Positions 1-9,858 of a stretch of DNA of 64,000 bases are shown piece by piece; position 1 is the stretch's first letter, and each line of letters starts with the position of its first letter. The stretch is from Deltaproteobacteria bacterium (GTDB taxonomy: Bacteria > Myxococcota_A > Polyangia > Fen-1088), in assembly GCA_033763315.1 (NCBI GenBank), contig JANRKS010000028.1, positions 64,001 to 128,000 on the forward strand, written 5' to 3'. Below the pieces are notes generated by a model. It saw only the letters and a program-made list of their open reading frames with translations, ran no database searches and was not told the origin of the DNA. The translations under genes and the position numbers were made by a program.

Positions 1-639
1 CACGCCGTCTTGCAGTTTGCGGTGAACGGTGATGTCAACGCTGTCGCTGTCGTCCTCTGCCACCGCCTTCGCAAAAAACACACGGCCGTCGCCCGTGCGT
101 TGCGGTGCCGTGAGCGCTTTGCCTTGCACAGTTACCGATACCAACGCCACTTGCTGTGGCACAGCCAACGATTCAGGCAGCGCGTCCCACGCGAAGCGAC
201 CCGTGACGGAGTGTGTGCCAGCCGCCAGCCGCACAAACGGCACGCCATCGCGTTCCACCACCGCGACTCGCTTGCCATCTACGTTTACATCAAGGGGCCA
301 ACGTGCGCCCGCTTCATCCTCGGCGCCACCGGGCAAGGCAAAGCTTCCCTGCTCGTAGACTTCGTAGCTTTGGCTGAATTTGCCGCCATTGGCGTCGATG
401 TGCAGTTGCAATTGCCCTGGCCAACCGCACACCGGCTGCGCGTCTTCGTCCGCCTGCAGTCGCGGGCAAGGTAGGCCTTGCACATCGTGTAACACCCACG
501 GCACCCACGGTTTCAACGGCGCCGGTACGGCTTCGGGCGATAGCGGCTTGCTGCCCTCGCCCCAAGCAGCGCTGCCTGCCAGCGAAATGGCACCCACAAC
601 GATCAATCCCCAAGCGTCAGTCTTCCGCGGTTTGTGCAT
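1..639 (-). CDS. N-terminal part of a large secreted/membrane conserved hypothetical protein (runs off the window edge)
   Basis: Not in the ORF track because it is truncated. Read manually from ATG at 639: MHKPRKTDAWGLIVVGAISLAGSAAWG...VPAPLKPWVPWVLHD...CP...CGWPGQL...LPG...WPLDVNVDG...GRFAWDALPE...VHRKLQDGV, open to base 1. Signal-peptide-like start. Confidence 0.75.
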   Translation of the reverse strand, partial: MHKPRKTDAWGLIVVGAISLAGSAAWGEGSKPLSPEAVPAPLKPWVPWVLHDVQGLPCPRLQADEDAQPVCGWPGQLQLHIDANGGKFSQSYEVYEQGSFALPGGAEDEAGARWPLDVNVDGKRVAVVERDGVPFVRLAAGTHSVTGRFAWDALPESLAVPQQVALVSVTVQGKALTAPQRTGDGRVFFAKAVAEDDSDSVDITVHRKLQDGV

Positions 640-812
640 GACCCGCGGTTAGTGTCTGCTTAGACTGGCCGGGCGGAAAGAAAAAACCAGAACGAGCGGT
701 CTAAGCCCGAGCAGATTTGACGCCGGGCCTATGAGCCCGGTCCTTAGGATCGTCGCCCTCCAACGGCATCTGCTGCCCGTTCGAGAGCGCGGTCGCCCAG
801 CAATCCTAGGGT

Positions 813-1745
813 TCAGTAAGCAATCAGCCGGACGCGGCGAAAGCGAATACCGATGAGCGCCGACGGACTATATCCATCCCGCCCCAACGCCACGTACCGC
901 ACCTCATCAATTGGCAACGCTGGCGAACAAATGGTCGTTGGGCATCGGTGTACGCGGTCTTTGGGGTGATGAACGATGGCTACGCCTTCCTTCCATTCAA
1001 GGCGCACCGTCATCTCGCCGCTGTCGTTCGTGATCCAGGCAGCCCGATCCGCAGCGCTTTCTGCGGCAGGTGGGATCCTAAACCACTCCTTCGCGTCCAC
1101 GGCTTTTCCGTAGGCCTTGGGCATGGAGAAGCCGTACTGCTCCTCACCCGTTCGAAGAAAGAACAAGTCGCCGCCGGACCGCTGGTGAAGATCCGCCGCC
1201 TCGAACACACCTATCCAATCGAGCTTGCCGCCTTGGGTCCAGGGCGTACCCTTCATCGTGAAAGTGGCCTCGATGAAGCCGGCGGCAATGGTTTGCCCTG
1301 CGTCGATCACTAGCTGATCACCAGCGGCCACGGTTCGCCAACCTTCTTGCCAAACGCCTCCGGTCACTTTCACAAGGACGCCATTGCCAGGTGACGTGGG
1401 CGCGCCGGATTTAAAGTCAAAGTCGAAGATGACTCGCCCTACACCTGGCACCATGGGCGTTGCCGCATCCGCCACAGCGCCGCCATCGGCCGGGCTCGTG
1501 CCGCCGCTGCTAGCGATAGCAGCATCATGAGGCCCCCCACCAGTGCCCCCTGACGCGCCACCTAGCGATGTAGACGAAGCCTTGCCCGCCGCGCCACCCG
1601 TGCTGCCACGGACACCAGCCCCACCTTGGTCCGAGGCATCTATGACGTCCTCGTCATCCACGTCAGTTTGGGCGTTCTTCGGTGACGTGCATCCGAGCGC
1701 AAACGCAAGGACCATCCACCATACATGGCTGCCGTGCGCGTTCAT
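813..1745 (-). CDS. Lipoprotein with Gly/Ser-rich linker and C-terminal beta-rich (possibly lectin-like) domain
   Basis: Lipobox ALGC, then GGAG/GGST linker. ATG at 1745 overlaps the upstream gene's stop (ATGA), implying translational coupling. Confidence 0.75.
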   Translation of the reverse strand: MNAHGSHVWWMVLAFALGCTSPKNAQTDVDDEDVIDASDQGGAGVRGSTGGAAGKASSTSLGGASGGTGGGPHDAAIASSGGTSPADGGAVADAATPMVPGVGRVIFDFDFKSGAPTSPGNGVLVKVTGGVWQEGWRTVAAGDQLVIDAGQTIAAGFIEATFTMKGTPWTQGGKLDWIGVFEAADLHQRSGGDLFFLRTGEEQYGFSMPKAYGKAVDAKEWFRIPPAAESAADRAAWITNDSGEMTVRLEWKEGVAIVHHPKDRVHRCPTTICSPALPIDEVRYVALGRDGYSPSALIGIRFRRVRLIAY

Positions 1746-3193
1746 CGGCAAAACCTTCCCGCAGCCAGGGCCCAGTCGGACATGCGAGGTGCATCGAAGA
1801 TATATGCCCCGGGTTCTTTGACGCCCAAATCAATCTCCTGGTACGGCGTCGTCGCGTCTACCGCAATGACTTGCTTGGCGGCGCCCACCACGCTGTACTG
1901 CACCTGCTTTGTGGCTTGTGCGAAGTAGATTGCATGCGTGTCGCTCTGTTTGAGGGCAAAGCCACCTGTCACGAGGGTGTTGTCGGGCACCATATCTTTG
2001 AAGAAGCGGCCTCGCCAAAACTCTGCGTATGTGCGCAAAGCTGCTTTGTTGGGATAGGCGCGTGATGTACCAGTTTCCGATCCAAGGTAGCCGTAGATGC
2101 CAGCGACGCCGCCGGCCAACGACGCCAGCCACAATGTCACCCGGGTCTCTTCTGCGGTGAGATCTTTGTCGCGCCCGCGCACGCGAAAGCGATCTTCGGA
2201 GAAACTAGGTTTTTCGGGTTGATGCTGCATCAGCCGTCGGAACAGGGCGTAATCGGGTTTGTGGTTCTCGTAACTGCTGTAGTCGAGCCCACCGTAGATC
2301 TGATTGACTTCGAGTTTCTGTGCTCTGGCCCCGAGCAGGTGCATGAACTTTGGCTTGGCATGCATGTAGTCGTGCCAGCGCTTGAGGAGATCGGCATCTA
2401 CCCATTCGTGCAAGTCGAAGCCGTAACCCATGGACCACCCGGGTATTTCGTTTAGCTCGCTGTAGATTTTGTCGAGTAAGGCTTTTTCTTCTGGTCCCAT
2501 GGCCCCACCTGCCAAGCTGCGGCTGGTTTGGCCACGCTGCTCGTCCCCCCACAACCAAAGGTGCGTGGCGCCGCCCTTCGCATGAACGGCTTGGAGGATC
2601 ATCTTGAGGGCAGCGAAGGTTCTAGTGTCAGGTGTCCTATCTGACGCCGACACAGTGTAGTTTCCAATGTGGAACCACTGACCCAACACCACCACATGGA
2701 CGCCGTTGAATCCGTGGCCATCGAACATCTCAGTAAGGAATGCATCGAGTGAAGACTGTGTGATCTTGCTAAGGTCGGTTCCGTCGTTATCGCCAAGCAT
2801 AACGAAGGCGGGCGTAAAGGTTTCACCGGAGCCCAGCCACATGAATTTGTCGCGGTACTTACCCAGGTGCCCGCGTGATGAATGAGGCGGGCAGGCCCCA
2901 CCGCCGCCAGATGCTCCACCGGGCGGTGGCGCACTTGCGCCGGCTCCGCCCGTGGCTGCCACGGCTCCGCCTGATGCCGTGATGCCACCACCACGGCCTC
3001 CAACGTCGCTTTGTACTCCTGCTGCACCGCCTGGGTTGGCAGGGCCTCCGTCGGCGGCGTTAGACGCTTCGTCTTGGCCGCCCGCCCCGGCGAAGGAAGG
3101 TTGCTCCTCGGGTGTGCCGCTTTGCCGCCCGGCGCAAGCAACGAAGAGAAAGAGCATTAGGCAAACGCGCGGCGAAGGGGCACCGGACTTCAT
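1742..3193 (-). CDS. Lipoprotein, putative glycoside hydrolase (DUF4038/clan GH-A-like TIM barrel)
   Basis: Lipobox FVAC and Gly-rich linker. Trp/Tyr-rich alpha/beta domain (FNGVHVVV, WSMGYGFDLHEW, KPSFSEDRF) followed by a short beta-sandwich-like C-terminus. Confidence 0.6.
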   Translation of the reverse strand: MKSGAPSPRVCLMLFLFVACAGRQSGTPEEQPSFAGAGGQDEASNAADGGPANPGGAAGVQSDVGGRGGGITASGGAVAATGGAGASAPPPGGASGGGGACPPHSSRGHLGKYRDKFMWLGSGETFTPAFVMLGDNDGTDLSKITQSSLDAFLTEMFDGHGFNGVHVVVLGQWFHIGNYTVSASDRTPDTRTFAALKMILQAVHAKGGATHLWLWGDEQRGQTSRSLAGGAMGPEEKALLDKIYSELNEIPGWSMGYGFDLHEWVDADLLKRWHDYMHAKPKFMHLLGARAQKLEVNQIYGGLDYSSYENHKPDYALFRRLMQHQPEKPSFSEDRFRVRGRDKDLTAEETRVTLWLASLAGGVAGIYGYLGSETGTSRAYPNKAALRTYAEFWRGRFFKDMVPDNTLVTGGFALKQSDTHAIYFAQATKQVQYSVVGAAKQVIAVDATTPYQEIDLGVKEPGAYIFDAPRMSDWALAAGRFCR

Positions 3194-3235
3194 GGTCCAG
3201 CAACGCTACGTTGTTGCAATGGCAAAAACAAGCTA

Positions 3236-3249
3236 AATAATCGATTAGC
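3236..3249. promoter_or_regulatory. LacI-type operator-like palindrome, copy 1 (AATAATCGATTAGC)
   Basis: Exact TAATCGATTAGC at 3238-3249, in the divergent intergenic region between the GH-like gene and DUF1592 operon 1. Confidence 0.65.
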
Positions 3250-3343
3250 TGAGCGAGCTTTCGTCAGGTCAATCTTGAACGCGTCATCGGTTGAGACCTG
3301 ATTGAAACATTTTCTGATCCAGCGACACCAACGATGACTGGAT

Positions 3344-5083
3344 GTGCCAATGCCAATGAAGTTCTTGGATGGAGTCCTCAAGCTGCGAATCGGGATCCTA
3401 AGCTGCGTAGCTGCGTGCGGTGGAGTAATTCCCAACGGGTATACCGAAGATGACGCTCCGACCGCATCAGGCGGAGACCGAGGCGGCGAAGGCAGCGCGG
3501 GGGGGGCGAGCCCCGCTCCTGCCTCTGGAGGCCTATTTACCTGCGAACGCGGAAGCGTTGCGGCCACGCCGAAGCGCATTTGGCGATTGTCACCGCAGCA
3601 GTACAGCAATACCGTCGAAACTCTGTGGGGGGGCCGTGACCGCCCCACCAAAGCGAACGTCGAGCGGCCCTCTCCCTTCGATGACGAGCCAGTCGTCGAC
3701 CGCTTTTCCACCTTCTCGCGGGCTCACCTGATTAGCGACTTGGCGTTCGGGCGTGTACTGGATTCTGCGTCACGGGTAGCGAATGAGTATGTTCGTTATT
3801 TGCATGCGCAACACCGCAGCTGCCCGACCAACGACAACGTCTGCGCCTTTGCCGTGGTGCAAGAGGCCGCAGAGAAACTGTTTCGCCGCCCGTTGCAGCC
3901 CGTAGAGGACGACCAGTATAAGAAGCTTCTCACCGAAGGACGCGCGCTGTTGGGCGATGAGCAGGGGCTGGCGCTGGTGATCGAAAGCCTTTTGTTGGCG
4001 CCCTCGTTCCTTTACCGGGTGGAACTTGGCCGAGACGAGCTCGACGATACCGGACGCACCCGCCTATCGTCGTATGAAATTGCGTCTGCGATTTCCTATA
4101 GCCTCACGGACGCACCGCCCGACGAGGCGTTGTGGAAGGCGGCGCAAGCCAACGCCTTATCGACCGCGGATGACATTCGCGCGCAGGTGCAAAGGCTAGC
4201 CAGCCTACCAGCGCACCGAAACACCGTAATGCTTTTCCTAAAGGAATACTTTCGCCACAGCATGGCCCAAGACGTGTTCAAGGACGACAAGCAAGTGCCT
4301 TTTCACGATGCGGCCCTGCTCATTGATGACACCGATCGCTGGCTTGCTGAGGTGTACGAGCAGACGGGGCGAGACCAATTTTTAAAGGGTCTTTTGACAT
4401 TTGATCAGGTGGTGGTGCGAGGCAAAACGGCACCCAATTACAATCTTGAAAAGGAGATCGCCGCAGACGCGGCCCCCAAGCTGGTGAGAGCGCCCGACAA
4501 CCAGCGCGTGGGCATGCTTGCGCAACCTAGTTTCCTGACAGCACTGTCCCACAGCGAAGCGACGGATCCCGTACGACGCGGCCGTTTCGTGGCTGAAAAC
4601 CTGTTGTGCGTAGACATACCAGAGTTGCCAATTGGGCTTGTCCCTGAGTTACCCGAAGCAACGGCGGAATCAACGCTCCGCGACCGATTGAAACAACACG
4701 TGGAGGATGATTCCTGCAAGGCTTGCCACAAATTGATGGATCCCATCGGGCTCGGGTTCGAAGGATACGATCACGTAGGCCGCATTCGCGCAACCGAGGG
4801 AGGAAAGCCCGTAAACACCCAGGGCGTCCTGGTAGGCGCCGACGTGCAGGAGGAGCCGTTCGAAGGCGTAGCGCAGCTGGCACAAAAATTGGGAGACAGC
4901 TCGTTGGTGAGCCAGTGCTTTGTGCGGCACGGGTTTTCTTACTGGTTAGGTCGAGCGACGGAGGACAGCGATGGCTGTGCCTTGCAGGCAGTTCACGACG
5001 CGTTCGTCAAGTCGGGGCAAGACCACGTGGCTTTGCTAACGAGCCTGTTTTCATCTGAACCGTTTTTACTTCGGAGGCCATAA
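3344..5083 (+). CDS. DUF1592/DUF1588 (with DUF1587/1595/1585) c-type heme lipoprotein, copy 1
   Basis: Lipobox VAAC; motifs WRLSPQQYSN, LLAPSFLYR, YEIASAISYSL..APPD, TDPVRRG..LLC, CKACH..MDPIGLGFEGYD. True start may be 3350 or 3356. Confidence 0.9.
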   Translation: MPMPMKFLDGVLKLRIGILSCVAACGGVIPNGYTEDDAPTASGGDRGGEGSAGGASPAPASGGLFTCERGSVAATPKRIWRLSPQQYSNTVETLWGGRDRPTKANVERPSPFDDEPVVDRFSTFSRAHLISDLAFGRVLDSASRVANEYVRYLHAQHRSCPTNDNVCAFAVVQEAAEKLFRRPLQPVEDDQYKKLLTEGRALLGDEQGLALVIESLLLAPSFLYRVELGRDELDDTGRTRLSSYEIASAISYSLTDAPPDEALWKAAQANALSTADDIRAQVQRLASLPAHRNTVMLFLKEYFRHSMAQDVFKDDKQVPFHDAALLIDDTDRWLAEVYEQTGRDQFLKGLLTFDQVVVRGKTAPNYNLEKEIAADAAPKLVRAPDNQRVGMLAQPSFLTALSHSEATDPVRRGRFVAENLLCVDIPELPIGLVPELPEATAESTLRDRLKQHVEDDSCKACHKLMDPIGLGFEGYDHVGRIRATEGGKPVNTQGVLVGADVQEEPFEGVAQLAQKLGDSSLVSQCFVRHGFSYWLGRATEDSDGCALQAVHDAFVKSGQDHVALLTSLFSSEPFLLRRP

Positions 5084-5086
5084 GCA

Positions 5087-6553
5087 ATGTCAAAACCGAA
5101 ACCGCTTGGTTCATCCGTGGTTCGCTGTGCACCGTTTACGCGACGGTCTTTACTGGAACGGCTGGGCTTTGGTGCCGGCGCCGCGTTGTTGGCGCCAATC
5201 ACGCAGTCGTTGTTGTCACAGGCGCAAGGCGCCACGCAAACACGCAAATGCGCCGTGTTCGCGCTGTGCGGAAATGGCTTGCACGCGACGTGGAACTTCC
5301 TGCCCCAGGAGTTCAATAAGTATGAGGCCACCGAGAAGTACTTCAACACCAAGTGGGACATGCGCCTGCCCGGAACCACCACCTACACGCTGCCGACGTT
5401 CTTGGAACCGGTGAAGCGGTGGCGGGATCGCATGCTATTGATCGATGGGTTAGAGAACAAAATCCCACGTTCTCAACACTCCGCTGGATACGGCGCCCTT
5501 TCTTGCACCGCTTCGCCCAACGACGCCGCGGCTGAAGCAGGCGGCCCACCTGGTGGTATCACCATCGATCAGCACATCGCACAAGGCATCGGCAAGAACA
5601 CAGCGCACAAGTCAATCCTGTTTGGATTTAACAAATATAAAGAGACGAACACGATCTTTGCCTCAGGGCGCGACAAGCCACAGCCCAACTTTGTGAATCC
5701 GAACGAAATGTTCAAAACTCTGTTCGGTTCGATCACCGGGGGCGAGGGGCTGCAAAAGGCCAACGCGCGTCAGCGTCTTTTGTTGGACGCGATGAAGGCG
5801 GACATCGCGCGCCTGCAGCGCGAGCTGGCTCCCGAGGAGAAACGCAAGCTTGAGGTGCATCTTGCGGCTGTAGAGGACTTCGAGCGACAACAGGCCTCGC
5901 TCCTAAACTTGAAATGCGATGCACCTATAGCGCCGGCAGTCGACATCAACGCAAAGGTTTCGGTGCCGGAAGATATTTTGGAATCCATGTGGTCGATGGC
6001 CACCCTGGCGCTGGCTTGCGGTATGACCAACGTGGTGGGCATGGCGTGCAACACAGGTATGTCGCACCAGAGGTTCGTTCCCTTCCGGCGCATACACGTG
6101 GGAACACAATTTGAGGCGGGCGGTTCAGTTCCAGGTCACGGCCACGAGGGCCGTTCGCTCCAAAAGCCTGCCATGGATCTCATCCATGGTTTCAACATCG
6201 GCTTGATCGCAAAAATGATCGGCATACTTTCGTTGATCAAGGAGGGTGATCGAACCATTTGGGACAATATGGTTGCGGTTTACACCAGCGACAACGGAGA
6301 GGCCCACCATAACAGCGGCGTACGATGGCCTATCGTGGTGTTGGGGAATGCTGGCGGCGCATTGAAGTCGGACGGGCGATACCTTGCTTATCCCTCTCGC
6401 GGCACGAAGGTGGAGGCCGAGAAGGGGAAATGGCGACCACTCGCCGACCTTTACAGCACTCTCGCTACGGCGGTAGGCGTGCCCACGACGGCTTTCGGAA
6501 CCGGCGGTGTTTATCAGACGGTCAAGGGGCCGCTACCTGAAGTTCTTGCGTGA
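5087..6553 (+). CDS. Tat-exported DUF1552 (HXXSHH-type) protein, copy 1
   Basis: Twin-arginine TRRSLL; motifs TIDQHIA, KLEVHL, LACGMTNV, His clusters (GHGHE, EAHH), WPIVVLG. Starts 3 nt after the DUF1592 gene. Confidence 0.88.
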   Translation: MSKPKPLGSSVVRCAPFTRRSLLERLGFGAGAALLAPITQSLLSQAQGATQTRKCAVFALCGNGLHATWNFLPQEFNKYEATEKYFNTKWDMRLPGTTTYTLPTFLEPVKRWRDRMLLIDGLENKIPRSQHSAGYGALSCTASPNDAAAEAGGPPGGITIDQHIAQGIGKNTAHKSILFGFNKYKETNTIFASGRDKPQPNFVNPNEMFKTLFGSITGGEGLQKANARQRLLLDAMKADIARLQRELAPEEKRKLEVHLAAVEDFERQQASLLNLKCDAPIAPAVDINAKVSVPEDILESMWSMATLALACGMTNVVGMACNTGMSHQRFVPFRRIHVGTQFEAGGSVPGHGHEGRSLQKPAMDLIHGFNIGLIAKMIGILSLIKEGDRTIWDNMVAVYTSDNGEAHHNSGVRWPIVVLGNAGGALKSDGRYLAYPSRGTKVEAEKGKWRPLADLYSTLATAVGVPTTAFGTGGVYQTVKGPLPEVLA

Positions 6554-6568
6554 GTCCACAGGCGCTGC

Positions 6569-6594
6569 AGGTGGTGACCACGGTGCCACCACCT
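6569..6594. terminator. Stem-loop between convergent genes
   Basis: AGGTGGTG...CACCACCT inverted repeat; no U-tract. Confidence 0.35.
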
Positions 6595-6619
6595 ACAAAT
6601 TTCATAGGTGCTGGCGGCG

Positions 6620-8044
6620 TCAGCGTTGGATAGTCCCACAGGTTTGGCCCGCCGCCTGTACAACGGCACCCGCCGTCGGCTCGACCGCAATCTGATACAT
6701 CCCATCTGGAACGTCTTGCCACTGCATGCCCTGCGCGCACGGCGAACGATTGTTGCTCCAGGAGTTGCCGACGGCGACAACGGAGAGCGTTGGATTCCCG
6801 GTGGACCCTGGCGACATGAGCGCGAGATCCACTTTCGCATCAATGCCGATCGAGAACACATTGCCGCCCGGCGCGCTTTCGGTGCCGAGGTCATAGGCTG
6901 TTCCCGAGATAGGATCGATGAGCAAGCCAGCTCTCCTCTGCGCCTTGAAGCTTGAAGCACGCATCACCAACCCGCGAGAGAACGCTGCACCGAAAACTCC
7001 GTCAACGATGGTGGCTCCCGTCATTTGCGTCGGGCTGTCGCTGCGAATGCCGGTGCTATTTGCCGTCGCTGAGAGATCGATGCGGGCACGTTCGATGATG
7101 AGTTCGCCCGCGCCGCCTTTGTTGATTCCGACCGCCCACTTTTGCGCGTCTTCGGCGGCGTAAGCGAACGTGATAATCGTATCACGGATGAATGTTGTGG
7201 TGATTTGTCCACTGAGGTTGTCCTGCTTGACGTTGACCGCAGGGGCATCGCTGCCAAGCCCCGGATCTGGGCCGATCTTCGCTACACCAACTGTCAGGTT
7301 TGCGGCGTCCAAACGCACGAGGTCGTTCGCGTTGATCGCGGGCGTCACAACCGCGTTGAAAGTAGACTGCGTGATGGTCACCGAGGCAAGGGTCCCAAGG
7401 TTAACACCGCGACCGATGCCCTTGCCGTCGACGACGAGTTTCTGGGCCTCGAACGTCCCCAGCGAGGTTCGACTGGCGTCGCGGTCGCCCCCTGCAGACA
7501 ATGCCCAGGCATTAGGCTGAGCTGGACTCAACGAAACGTCCGAGAATACAACTGTGTGGCTGCCGCCGCGCATATCGAGCCTCACTGCCGCGCAGTTCTG
7601 GCAAGGGACTGTCCCCATCCGGTCAATGGAGAGACCACTGATCTGTTTTGAGCCCCAGATCTGCAAGACGGCCGGACTCGCGCCGGTCTCGTCAAGCAGC
7701 GTGGTCACCCCCGCGCCGGCGCCACGAATCGACTTGTGCCGATCACTATCCAGATTCAGCGGGAATGTTTCGCCGCCTGCCACGCTATAAAGGCCTGGGG
7801 CGACGACGATGTCAGCGCCTCCGCGCGCGAAATTAAGCGCATGGGTGATCGTTCGGAAGGCACTGGTCGGCGAACGACCGCTGTCCGAATTGTTGCCCGC
7901 GGTGGCGTCGACATAGAAAATGCCGCCCGAGTTATCTTCGCCGCAAGCGACGAGGTGAGCGCCGCCTGCCATCACCAACACCAACAGGGCCAGTGCGCGT
8001 TGAGCCAACGCTGATGCAGTGTTTTTGGATCCTAGATGATTCAT
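6620..8044 (-). CDS. DUF1565 / right-handed beta-helix lipoprotein (pectin-lyase-like fold)
   Basis: Lipobox LVAC; FYVDATAGNNSDSG...AFRTITHAL...VAPGLYSVAGGETFPL and YDLGTESAPGGNVF. Start placed at MNHLG (8044); the ORF track extends to 8128. Confidence 0.75.
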   Translation of the reverse strand: MNHLGSKNTASALAQRALALLVLVMAGGAHLVACGEDNSGGIFYVDATAGNNSDSGRSPTSAFRTITHALNFARGGADIVVAPGLYSVAGGETFPLNLDSDRHKSIRGAGAGVTTLLDETGASPAVLQIWGSKQISGLSIDRMGTVPCQNCAAVRLDMRGGSHTVVFSDVSLSPAQPNAWALSAGGDRDASRTSLGTFEAQKLVVDGKGIGRGVNLGTLASVTITQSTFNAVVTPAINANDLVRLDAANLTVGVAKIGPDPGLGSDAPAVNVKQDNLSGQITTTFIRDTIITFAYAAEDAQKWAVGINKGGAGELIIERARIDLSATANSTGIRSDSPTQMTGATIVDGVFGAAFSRGLVMRASSFKAQRRAGLLIDPISGTAYDLGTESAPGGNVFSIGIDAKVDLALMSPGSTGNPTLSVVAVGNSWSNNRSPCAQGMQWQDVPDGMYQIAVEPTAGAVVQAAGQTCGTIQR

Positions 8045-8079
8045 GACAATCACTTTGCAAACTTGGTGCGCAAACTCGC

Positions 8080-8832
8080 TTAGTAGACGTCCGGAGGCAG
8101 ACGTTGCGCCTGGACGCCATTCATACACGCGGGAAGCTCACCGCAATCCTTCCGCGCACAGGCCTCAAATTCGGGCAGAAATGCCGGTTGAAGATACCCG
8201 GCGAGAAACCAACAGCTCTCGTCAACAAGCCGAAAATCAGGTTCGGTCTCCCCGCAGGCTCGCACCTTGTCCACGCAGGTCTTAACGGCACCGTACCAAG
8301 GTGGATTCGCGCACGCATCCGGTTCTGCACTGTTGAAACACGCGCCGATCTCGGCTGCGTTGGCGTACTTGCCATCGAGCACGTCTGCAAGGGCGATGTA
8401 GGAGCAGCCCTCAATCAGGGCCCCGCCGCTCTCGCTTTCTTTCAAGGCTTCGCAAATCAGCCGCGGCGGCGTCGCCAAATAGCAACGTTCCAAGGCCGGT
8501 CGCAGCGCAGGGTTGACGCTTGGAAGCGCGGCCTTGGTGAGCTGCTGTTGGCACGCGGCCTCGAACTCGGCCACAGCTGTGGCTGCAGCGCTGGGGTTGC
8601 AAGCCTTGAAGCCTTGCGCCGCTCGCATGCAGGCCAGCGGATCGGCTTGGGCCGCGTCGGGCACCTGCGCGGCATCACCAACCGCGGCGTCTGTCGCCAT
8701 GGTAACGGCGGCGTCAGCTGCGGCATCCGGCCCACGCGCTGCAGGGGATTTGTCATCGTCGCAACCAAGCAGCACGGCGGCCGCGCTGAAGGCCGAGACA
8801 GTGAAGAGGGCAAGTGTTTTGTGGGCGTTCAT
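8080..8832 (-). CDS. Cys-rich lipoprotein, unknown function (paralog of 9085..9750)
   Basis: Lipobox LLGC, DAA-repeat linker, about 14 further Cys. Confidence 0.8.
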   Translation of the reverse strand: MNAHKTLALFTVSAFSAAAVLLGCDDDKSPAARGPDAAADAAVTMATDAAVGDAAQVPDAAQADPLACMRAAQGFKACNPSAAATAVAEFEAACQQQLTKAALPSVNPALRPALERCYLATPPRLICEALKESESGGALIEGCSYIALADVLDGKYANAAEIGACFNSAEPDACANPPWYGAVKTCVDKVRACGETEPDFRLVDESCWFLAGYLQPAFLPEFEACARKDCGELPACMNGVQAQRLPPDVY

Positions 8833-9084
8833 AATGGTTTCCTTACGTGTTGGACCTAGTCCGCGAATCGTTGATTCAAAGGCGACACAAGCGTTTAGTT
8901 GCGAGGAAAAAGAATCGCCCCTTCAATGATTCACGACACGCAACCCACGTCCTGCGGACACCCTTGCCAACGACGGTCGCGGATTGTTGACCTCGCTCGA
9001 TCTTCAAGATGCGTGTCCAGAAAGCTCGGGTGAAGTGTCCTCCATTGGCCAACTGGCAAATCACAAAATTGGAAGGACGTTACA

Positions 9085-9750
9085 TTGATGAAGAATTTAA
9101 GAATGCCTTGCTTACTGTTGTGCACGCTGTACGCCGCTTGTGGCGGAAACGACGATGAAGATCTGTCCGACGCCGCGGTGTGCGCCGGCATGTTGGAGGT
9201 GTTTCGCGGCTGCTTGACCCCGTTGCAAGTGCCACAAGCCGCGCAAGCACAAACTGCGTGCACCAAGTGGCTGGTGGAGATAAAGGACGAAGCCACCAGC
9301 GCACAGCAGAAGCAGCGGTTGGGTTTCCCTGAAATCGAAAAGCGCGCGAAGCGCTATGTTAAGAACGGGTTTGGTTGCTACCTTGAGGGGCAGTCGGCGG
9401 CACAGCTCGGCTTCGATGAGTTTCTGAGCGCCTACGGCCAAATCGCAGTTCAGTTGGCCGCATTCGAGATCATGGACGGCACCTATGTTGACGTTGCCCA
9501 GGTGAAGCGATCTTGCTTCACGAAAGAAGCGACGCCCACATCCTGCGAGAGCGATTTCCTCAAAGGTAGCGCCCGTTTGTGTGACCAGAAGGTTGAGATG
9601 TGCCAGCAAGAGTCTGATGATTTTTCCAGCGGCGACGACGGTTGCTGGATCGGGCCTGCGCTGCTCGGAAAAAGCGCCTGGCCGACCTTTGAGACATGCG
9701 TCGCTTCGACCTCGTGCGCAGCCTTCGACGCTTGCCTCGAAAAAATATGA
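9085..9750 (+). CDS. Cys-rich lipoprotein, unknown function (paralog of 8080..8832)
   Basis: Lipobox YAAC; Cys spacing aligns with the divergent neighbour. Start may be ATG 9088. Confidence 0.8.
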   Translation: MMKNLRMPCLLLCTLYAACGGNDDEDLSDAAVCAGMLEVFRGCLTPLQVPQAAQAQTACTKWLVEIKDEATSAQQKQRLGFPEIEKRAKRYVKNGFGCYLEGQSAAQLGFDEFLSAYGQIAVQLAAFEIMDGTYVDVAQVKRSCFTKEATPTSCESDFLKGSARLCDQKVEMCQQESDDFSSGDDGCWIGPALLGKSAWPTFETCVASTSCAAFDACLEKI

Positions 9751-9858
9751 TCGCAGCAGGCACCCGATAACGTACCCAGCGCCACTGCGCATCCGCGATA
9801 GTCTCGAAACGTCGTGCTCCTGATCTTCACGCACGCGGCCCTGCTTCTCCAAATGCTG

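Noticed and set aside
8886-8899. CACAAGCGTTTAGT shares CTAAACGCTT (reverse strand) with the 20205 site
   Set aside because: Only one good half-site; it could be chance without a genome-wide weight matrix.
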